This document shows positions 56,601-64,000 of a DNA stretch of 64,000 bases, piece after piece. The first letter of the stretch is position 1, and each line of letters opens with the position of its first letter. The notes beneath the pieces were generated by a model. It was not told where the DNA came from, made no database searches, and was given only the letters and a program-made list of their open reading frames with translations. Location: NCBI GenBank assembly GCA_965240325.2, contig OZ251233.1, positions 310,001 to 374,000 of the forward strand. The letters run 5' to 3'. The position numbers and the translations under genes were made by a program. The DNA comes from Rebecca billardiae RCC1528 (Eukaryota; Protista; Haptophyta).

Positions 56601-59600
56601 CGTGAGCGTGGTGATCTGCGCCAGCTCGGTCGGCAGCAGGCCCCGGAGCGAGTTGTCGCCCAGCGAGAGGTGAACGATGTTGGTGGTGACGCCGAGCTCG
56701 GTCGCCAGCGTGCCGGTGAGCGAGTTGCCCGAGCCGTCAAAGTAAGAGACGTCGAAGAACGAGTCGATGCGGAAGTTGCCGCTGATCGAGTTGTTGGCAA
56801 TGTCCAGGTGGCGCAGCGTCGTGATCGGCCCAATGTCCGTCGGGATCGTGCCGCCCAGCTGGTTGCCCGCCACGTTGAGCCATGCGATGACACAATTGTC
56901 GTCAGGGTCGGGCGGCGGGAACTTGTTCTTGAACTCTCCGGTGATCTTGTTGCGCGAGTAGTCGCCGTAGTCGATGTCGAAGAAGGAGTCGACGTTGAAC
57001 GAGTTGCCCGGCACGCTGAGGTGCGTGAGCGTCGTGATCTGCGCCAGCTCGGTCGGCAGCAGGCCCCGGAGCGAGTTGTCGCCCAGCGAGAGGTAAACGA
57101 TGTTGGTGGTGACGCCGAGCTCGGTTGGCACCGTGCCGGTGAGCGAGTTGCCCGAGCCGTCAAAGTACGAGATGTCGAAGAACGAGTCGATGCGGAAGTT
57201 GCCGCTGATCGAGTTGTTGGCGATGTCGAGGTGGCGCAGCGTCCCGATCGGCCCGATGTCCGTCGGGATCGTGCCGCTCATCTCGTTGTTCGCCGCGCGC
57301 AGAGTTCTGTAGCGGCACTCAACGCCGGCCGGCCCCGGCGGCGGCCACTTGTTCTGGAACTCTCCGGTGATCTTGTTGCGCGAGTAGTCGCCGTAGTCGA
57401 TGTCGAAGAAGGAGTCGACGTTGAACGAGTTGCCCGGCACGCTGAGGTGCGTGAGCGTGGTGATCTGCGCCAGCTCGGTCGGCAGCAGGCCCCGAAGCGA
57501 GTTGTCGCCCAGCGAGAGGTGCTCAATGTTGGTGGTGGCGCCGAGCTCGGACGCCAGCGTGCCGTGGAACGAGTTGGAGCTCAGGTCCAGATGCGCACCG
57601 GCGAAGCCAAGCGTCACGGTGGCGACATCCCCACCCAGGCGGTTGCGACTCAAGTTCAGCGTGCGGAGGGCCTTCAACGGGAGCAAGGAGTCCGGAATCG
57701 TACCTGCGAGGGGGCAGGGGCACTGCTGAGATGTGGCACGCGTGTGCAGCATTGGCAGCCATCGCATCGCGCGCATGCGCACCGAAGATCTGGTTGTCTG
57801 AGAGATCGAGCGAGCTAAGGGACCTGAGCTTCCCGAGCTCGGGCGCGATGGTGCACGTGAGCGAGTTGGACGAGACGTCGAGCATCGAGAGACGCTGGAG
57901 CCGGTCGACGGTCGACGGCACCTCCCCGACCAGGCTGTTGCCGGCCAGGCTGAGTGAGACGAGATCAGTCGCGAGGCCGAGCTCGGTCGGGATGGTGCTC
58001 GTCAGCTTGTTGCCGCCCAAGCTCAGGCTGCGCATGGCCGAGTTGGCCAAAACCCTCGTCGGGATCGCACCTGTCAGGGCGCGGGCGTCCGCGCACGTGC
58101 ATGAGCTAGGGCCCTCCCTCTCGACGCACGCAATGGTCGCGCACGCACGCACCGACGAGCTGGTTGTCCGAGATATCGAGCGTGGCAAGGGACTGGAGCG
58201 TCCCGAACCCGACCGGGAGGGTGCACGAGAGCGAGTTGGACGAGAGGTCGAGCGACTCCAGCCGCTTGAGGACGGTGACGTGCGTGGGGATCTCGCCCAC
58301 CAGCCGGTTGCCCGACAGGTCCATCGACAGCATCTCCGTCTCCCACCGACCGACCTCGGACGGGATCGAGCCACTCAGGCTGTTGTCGCTGAGGTCGAGC
58401 TCGGCAAGCGTGGTGATCCCACCGAGCTCGGTGGGGATGGGTCCAGACAGCCTGTTGAGGTTCGCCCCCATCACAGTGATGGTGGCTGAGATGCCGAGCT
58501 CGGTCGGGATCGAGCCGGTGAGGCTGTTGTCGCCGACGGAGAGGGTGCCGAGCGTGGTGATGCTGCTGAGCTCAGTCGGCATGATGCCGGTGAGCGAGTT
58601 GGACGAGACGTCGAGCGTCTGCAGCCGCTTGAGGACGGTGACGTGCGTGGGGATCGAGCCCACCAGCCGGTTGCCCGACAGGTCCATCGACAGCATCTCC
58701 GTCTCGAGCCGACCGATCTCGCTCGGGATCGAGCCACTCAGGCTGTTGCCGCTGAGGTCGAGCTTGGCGAGTGTGGTGATCTCGCCCGTCTCCGTCGGGA
58801 TGATGCCGTCGCAGTCGTTGTCATGAACGTCGAGCGTCACCAGGGTGGTGATCAAGCCGATCTGGGACGGGATCGTGCCAATGAGCGAGTTCGACGAGAC
58901 GTCGAGCGTCTGCAGCCGCTTGAGGACGGTGACGTGCGTGGGGATCGAGCCCACCAGCCGGTTGCCCGACAGGTCCATCGACAGCATCTCCGTCTCGAGC
59001 CGACCGATCTCGCTCGGGATCGAGCCACTCAGGCTGTTGCCGCTGAGGTCGAGCTTGGCGAGCGTGGTGATCTCGCCCGTCTCCGTCGGGATGATGCCGT
59101 CGCAGTCGTTGTCATGAGTGTCGAGCATCACCAGGGTGGTGATCAAGCCAATCTCCGTCGGGATCGTGCTCGTGAGCGAGTTGGACGACAGGTTGAGCCT
59201 CTGCAGCCGCTTGAGGACGGTGACGTGCGTGGGGATCGAGCCCACCAGCCGGTTGCCCGACAGGTCCATCGACAGCATCTCCGTCTCCCACCGACCGACC
59301 TCGGACGGGATCGAGCCACTCAGGCTGTTGTCGCTGAGGTCGAGCTCGGCGAGCGTGGTGATCTCGCCCGTCTCCGTCGGGATGATGCCGTCGCAGTCGT
59401 TGTCATGAACGTCGAGCGTCACCAGTGTGGTGATCAAGCCGAGCTCAGTCGGGATCGTGCTCGTGAGCGAGTTGGACGAGAGATCGAGCGTCGACAGCCG
59501 CTTGAGGACGGTGATGTGCGTGGGGATCGAGCCCACCAGCCGGTTGCGAGGCAAGCTGAGCGTCTGGAGCGAGTTGGCGCGCGCGATCTCGGTCGGCACA

Positions 59601-59931
59601 ATTCCGGTGAGTGAGTTGTCGCCCAGCTGGATCGTGACGAGGCCGATGAACTCACCGATCTCCGTCGGGATCGGTCCCGTCAGCTGGCGGTTCTCCAGCA
59701 CCCTGCATGCCGCAGGGCGGCCAGCGCGTGAGCGAGCGCGCGGGCCACGCACTGCACAGCGGCTCGTGGGCGCGCGCCGCGCATTCTTTGGCGCGCGTGC
59801 GCGTGGCGCGCGGCGTACATGTCGACGCAGTTGTTCGGCGACCGGAGGCAATCTTGCCACAGCTCCGTCTCATCGAGCCTGAGCGCGCGCGCCGAGGCGA
59901 CGACGAGCGCCGCGACGACAAGCGCGCGCAT
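53660..59931 (-). CDS. Giant secreted leucine-rich-repeat protein (~1,956 aa); exons 59931-59819, 59702-58153, 58070-57783, 57703-54043 and 53918-53660
   Basis: Signal peptide MRALVVAALVVASARA, Cys-containing N-cap, dozens of plant-type LxxLDLSxNxLxGxIPxE repeats and a Cys-rich C-cap. Four GT-AG introns join the ORF-track fragments in frame (5,871 nt). No transmembrane or kinase domain seen. Confidence 0.9.
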
Positions 59932-60951
59932 TTTGCTCGTCCCACCGGTCGCACGGGCAGTCCACGGGCAAGCCAAGCAAGCAGGCCGAGCCTTCGGACG
60001 GCCGGCGCGATCCGCCGACGCACGCCCGCGGGCGCCGCTGCACAGCGCGCACCAATTACTGCCACTTATTGCGAAAGATGGGCGCGTTGCGCGTTGAGAG
60101 CGCGCGCAGCCAATCACACCATCATCGCTAGGCGGTTGTCCGGCCGCTGGGTTCAGATATTATTCGAGATCAACGGGCGGCAGCAACTACCGTACCCACT
60201 TTGAGAGGTACTACAAACTGGGCTCAGAAAATTCAAGCGCAGTACTTCGTCCCCCTTTTTGGCGAGCGCCTTCTGCGGTTCCTCAGAAGCCCGCTCGCGA
60301 CCGCCGACAGCGATACGATGGCGGCGGCCACGCACGGCGCCATGTTCGCTCACATACGGACGCTGCGGGTGCGCGCGCGCTACGGGCGCGGGTCAGGACA
60401 CTTATGGACACCTACTGGCCTCGTTCGTGCGCATTCCCGCCCTCCCTCGCCGCACTCGCCGCGCGCCAAGGCTGGCTGCTTTCCATGTGACATGAGACGG
60501 AAGCCGTGAAGGCGCGCTCCTCGAGTGAGACCGCGCGCGCGTGCGTGTCAGAGGCCTGCCTCCTAAGGAAGAGTTACAGCTTCTGGCCGATGCGCCTGGG
60601 TGTTGGCAACTTGGCGAGTACCCGTGCTGGGGCGATGCCAGCGCATGTTCGACGGCGATGAACGCATTTGTTGCTTGGTCGGAGCCGCACTTATAACTTA
60701 TTCTTAAATTGCGCCAGTGGCGCCGGCACAGCGGCACTCGGAGCCCGTGCGTTGATGGCTCTGGCTCCGGTTGACCCCTGTCAGTCCGGTCATAGAAACC
60801 GGGCGTACCGAAAATGATCTTCGCATTCCTGCGGCCGAATGAACGCCCGAAGTGTCCCACAGGCACAGGGCCCCAAGTACTCAAGTAGGGTTGCTGATGG
60901 ATTAGGCCAATAAGTGCCCAGGGTGTGAAACTCAGTTTGTGACTACTTCAC

Positions 60952-61091
60952 CAGACTCTATTTTTCATAGCTATTTAACCAGTCCGGTGACACATTTCCA
61001 ATAGCTACGGGTGCATCCGGATCGCTCCCGGACCGTGTTCTGACCGGACAGTCTGAAATGGGTTACAAATACATAGTAAAAATAGAGTCTG
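60952..61091. repeat. 140-bp segment bounded by a perfect 14-bp inverted repeat (possible mini-MITE)
   Basis: CAGACTCTATTTTT at 60952-60965 and AAAAATAGAGTCTG at 61078-61091, with weak inward extension. Confidence 0.5.
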
Positions 61092-61475
61092 AACTATAGA
61101 GGAAGTGCTTGTTGGCCCAATATCGCTCTGAAGTCATCATCCAGGCATCCATTGAGGTCCTCCTGTGCAGTTTTCACGAGTGACTTCATGAAGGAGCTCA
61201 CAGTGCCCGTCTCTACTCTCTGGCAGGGGTCAACCGAAGCCACTCGGTCTCGTCAGCAGAGTCGGAGGCAGACGGCCTGAGCCCTGATGCGCCATCAGAC
61301 ATCCGATTCTATAGCCGATCATTGGTACGACTCGTTCGACGGCTTCCCGTGTCAGGTGAGCCGCGTCGACGCGTTGCATAGCGCCGCAGCAGACAGCAAC
61401 ATCACCAACAATAAGGACAGGCACACGCGCAGGATCAGCGCCGCTTCGGCTGGCACCCGGCGATGCCTGTCAGTG

Positions 61476-62402
61476 TCACTGGCATCGGCCGCGCGGTCCG
61501 CGCCCGCGCGACAATTGCTGGGCAGACTTGCCTAGTAGGAAAGCGACGACGAGGGCACGCACGAAGGCCGCGTCAGCCGGCGTGTACGCCTCGAACGACG
61601 CGGCCGCCGCCGCGAGCCCATCCGCATCGAGCGAGCCACTCTCGCGCAGGCTCGGCTCGATGCGCTCTCGCATCACGGCCGGCCAGAACTCAGGGTGGAA
61701 CTGCATGCAGAGCACGCGCTCGCCGAGGGCGTAGGCCTCACACGGGCACTTGGATGAGGACGCGAGCGCCTCGGCGCCGGGCGGCAGCTCGAGCACGCAC
61801 TGGCCGTGGGACTCGAGCACGCGCGGCGTGTCGGGCAGGGCGGCGCTGCCACTCGCCTGCCGTGTGCACTCGCGCGCGCGGCGCACCGCTGGGTGCGCGT
61901 GCCAACCGGGCGTGCACCGCAGCTGCTCGACGCCGAATGCGAAGGGCGCGGGGGCTGGGTTGGGCCCCACGCGCCCACCGAGCGCGTGCGCAACGATCTG
62001 ATGCCCAAAGCACACGCCGACGACGCGCACGCGCTCGTGCCGCGTGGCTGCGCGGATGCATGCACTGAGCCGCTGCATCCACGGCGTCGACGGCTCGTCC
62101 GTCACCATGCGGGCAGATCCCGAGATGATAATCCCGTCATACGCCTCCGGAGCTGGCAGCTCACCAAGCCACGCGCGGTACTCGTGCCACTCCACTGCTT
62201 GTCCACTCGGCGGCGCGAACGCGCGCCGAAAGATCTCCGGGAGGTCGTGCCACTTCTCAGAGTCTGCCACGTTGACGATTGCCCAGCGCAGCGGCGTGGG
62301 CGCGAGCCGGAGTCGCCGAGCGGCGCGGGCGGCCCGTGCGATCACGGCGAGTGACACGAGGAGCCCGCCGCCGAGCACGAGCAAGCCGACGCCGTCGCGC
62401 AT
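61476..62402 (-). CDS. Class I glutamine amidotransferase-like protein (GMP-synthase-like / gamma-glutamyl peptidase type) with an N-terminal membrane anchor
   Basis: YDGIIISGS, nucleophile elbow GVCFGHQ, ALGGRV, ESHGQCV..LP and QFHPEF give an intact Cys-His-Glu triad. The start ATG at 62402 precedes a hydrophobic helix. Confidence 0.9.
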   Translation of the reverse strand: MRDGVGLLVLGGGLLVSLAVIARAARAARRLRLAPTPLRWAIVNVADSEKWHDLPEIFRRAFAPPSGQAVEWHEYRAWLGELPAPEAYDGIIISGSARMVTDEPSTPWMQRLSACIRAATRHERVRVVGVCFGHQIVAHALGGRVGPNPAPAPFAFGVEQLRCTPGWHAHPAVRRARECTRQASGSAALPDTPRVLESHGQCVLELPPGAEALASSSKCPCEAYALGERVLCMQFHPEFWPAVMRERIEPSLRESGSLDADGLAAAAASFEAYTPADAAFVRALVVAFLLGKSAQQLSRGRGPRGRCQ

Positions 62403-62519
62403 GCTGATCGCTCGTTGTGACGACGGGCGCAGTCCAGACCGCCACCGGGGCCGCTGCGAGGCGGGCACGCGTCGCGCTCCCACCGGCGAGCGGGCTGCGG
62501 GTCGGCTTCGGCGAGCGCC

Positions 62520-64000
62520 ATGGCCGCCGCGCTCGTCAGCGTCATCGTCGTGTTGCATGCTGGCGAGCCGGCGTCGCGCGCGTCCCAGCTGGCGCTCGGT
62601 CGCTGCGACGCCCGACTCGCAGCCCAGCCCATCCTCGCGCGCCCAGCCCGGCGCCGCCGCCTCCTCGCGATGCGCGGCGGGGGAGACGGCGAACCAGCTG
62701 CCGACGCGCGCGGCGGCGCGAGGCGGGAGCCGCAGCCCGCCGCCGAGCCGGTCTCCCAGGCCGACGAGGCCATACTCGTGCTCAGGTGCATGCGGATGTG
62801 GCAGCCCAGCCTGGCCTTCACCGCGCTGTGCTGGGCGCTCTACCTCGCGCCCGGCTGGGCGCGCGCGCGGCTGCCACTTTTCGCTCAGGCGCGCGGGTTT
62901 GGCGCGGCGCGCGCGCTCGGCGCGTGCGCGCCGCGCGCGCAGCAAGGAGAGCCGGCGCTCGTGCCGTCGTCCTTGCACGCCGCCTTTCGCGCCGGTCGGC
63001 TCGCCGAGCGCGCGCGTGCCGCGACGCCGGCACAGCGGGCTGACTTCACCATGCAGCTGCGCGCTCTCTGCCCCAGCGCGCACCCGCTCGCGCGGGGCAG
63101 GGCGAAAGCCGAGGGCGGCGCGCTCTGCATCCGGGCGGAGTCGCAGGACCTGGGCGGCGGTGCCGCCGAGACGGGCGCGCCGTTTGCGGATTTCGACGCG
63201 CTCGAGGAGCGGCTGGCCGCGCTCGACGCGCGCGGCGCGGCGCTGGCGCGCGTGCGCGGCGCGTGCACGGCCGAGCGCGCGCGCGTGTTTGTGGGCGCGC
63301 TGGGCGGCAGCGTGGGGCTGGTGCTGCTGCTGCGCGCCGCGCGCGCGCACGCGCCGCCGGGGCTGCGCGCGCTCGGTCGGCGGGCCGCGGGCTGGATCGC
63401 GCCCGCCGCCTCCGCGCTCCATCGCGTCGGCGTGCTCGAGCTCAGCCTGTGGCTGCTCAGCGCCGCCCTGCTCGCAGATGCCCTGCTGTTTGCGCCGACC
63501 GGCCGGGCGGCCGCGGCGCTCGTGCTGCTCGGCGCGGGGCTGGCGCTTGGCCCCGCGCGCGAGCTGTCGCGCGCGCTGTGGGAGCCGCTGCCGAGCTCGG
63601 GCGGCACGGGCGGCGGCGGCGGCGGCGCGGCGCTGGGCATGCGCCGCGCCGACGCGCTCGGCCTCGCGTGGCGCGCGCTCTCCCTCGCGCCCCTCGCGCT
63701 CGCGCTGCGCTCCGCGCCGCTCGCGCTCGCCGCGCTCGGCTGCGCGTACGCGGCGCTCGGCGTGTGTCCGGTGGCGTCCGCGCTCGTGCGCCGCCTGGGC
63801 GCGGGCGGGGCGGAGGAGGCGGCGGCACGTGCGGCGGTGGCGTCGCTTGGCTTCATCGCCGCCGAGCTGGGCGTGCGCGCGGCGTGCGCGCGCCAGCGCA
63901 CGCCCGCGCGGCGCGGCGTGCGCGCGGCGCGCCTCTTTGCCACGCCCAGCTCGGCCCTGGGCGCCGGCGGGCTGCACGCGGCGACCATCTTCCTCAGCTC
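62520..64000 (+). CDS. Putative polytopic membrane protein, 3'-truncated by the window end
   Basis: Manual translation from ATG 62520 (MAAALVSVIVVLHAGE...LLAMRGG...) is open to 64000 with several Leu/Ala-rich helices. It is absent from the ORF track because no stop is reached. Confidence 0.6.
   Translation, partial: MAAALVSVIVVLHAGEPASRASQLALGRCDARLAAQPILARPARRRRLLAMRGGGDGEPAADARGGARREPQPAAEPVSQADEAILVLRCMRMWQPSLAFTALCWALYLAPGWARARLPLFAQARGFGAARALGACAPRAQQGEPALVPSSLHAAFRAGRLAERARAATPAQRADFTMQLRALCPSAHPLARGRAKAEGGALCIRAESQDLGGGAAETGAPFADFDALEERLAALDARGAALARVRGACTAERARVFVGALGGSVGLVLLLRAARAHAPPGLRALGRRAAGWIAPAASALHRVGVLELSLWLLSAALLADALLFAPTGRAAAALVLLGAGLALGPARELSRALWEPLPSSGGTGGGGGGAALGMRRADALGLAWRALSLAPLALALRSAPLALAALGCAYAALGVCPVASALVRRLGAGGAEEAAARAAVASLGFIAAELGVRAACARQRTPARRGVRAARLFATPSSALGAGGLHAATIFLS

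Noticed and set aside
53754-57818. 1,354-aa plus-strand ORF, and similar long antisense ORFs over other genes
   Set aside because: Antisense shadows of GC3-rich coding sequence on the opposite strand.
53660-59931. LRR receptor kinase, NLR, or several separate LRR genes
   Set aside because: No transmembrane, kinase or NB-ARC domain is present, and the fragments join into one frame through canonical introns.
62403-63977. N-terminal ~525 aa of the 833-aa minus-strand ORF as part of the amidotransferase
   Set aside because: It is an Arg-rich shadow of the plus-strand membrane-protein gene; homology begins after ATG 62402.
1-64000. Prokaryotic origin, rRNA/tRNA genes or telomere repeats
   Set aside because: Spliceosomal introns and eukaryotic gene families are present, and no rRNA, tRNA or telomeric hexamer/heptamer arrays were recognised by eye.

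Overview
Very GC-rich eukaryotic nuclear DNA with short, CpG-rich GT-AG introns (donor usually GTGCG). The composition and gene content suggest a Pavlova/Diacronema-like haptophyte, which is an inference. The first ~23 kb is two homologous satellites: A (~199-225 bp units) and B (211 bp units). Both are built around 14-bp near-palindromes, and a ~12.2-kb block of B is flipped exactly at those palindromes. A ~7-kb inverted-repeat-bounded non-coding element containing a third satellite (~124 bp) follows. From 31.6 kb the window is gene-dense: EamA transporter, ~1-kb foldback element, sulfotransferase fusion, coiled-coil protein, multi-PH protein, a CaMKK/GRIK-type kinase fused to an animal-type IP3 3-kinase, a small algal membrane protein, a 10-exon MTHFR, a ~1,956-aa secreted LRR protein, a class I glutamine amidotransferase and a truncated membrane protein. 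The most notable items are (1) the LRR protein, whose repeats carry short peptides resembling unrelated bacterial protein motifs placed in register with the LRR consensus, (2) the kinase-IP3K fusion head-to-head with a PH-domain gene, and (3) palindrome-centred inversion of the satellite. All family calls are from motif recognition by eye; no searches were run.
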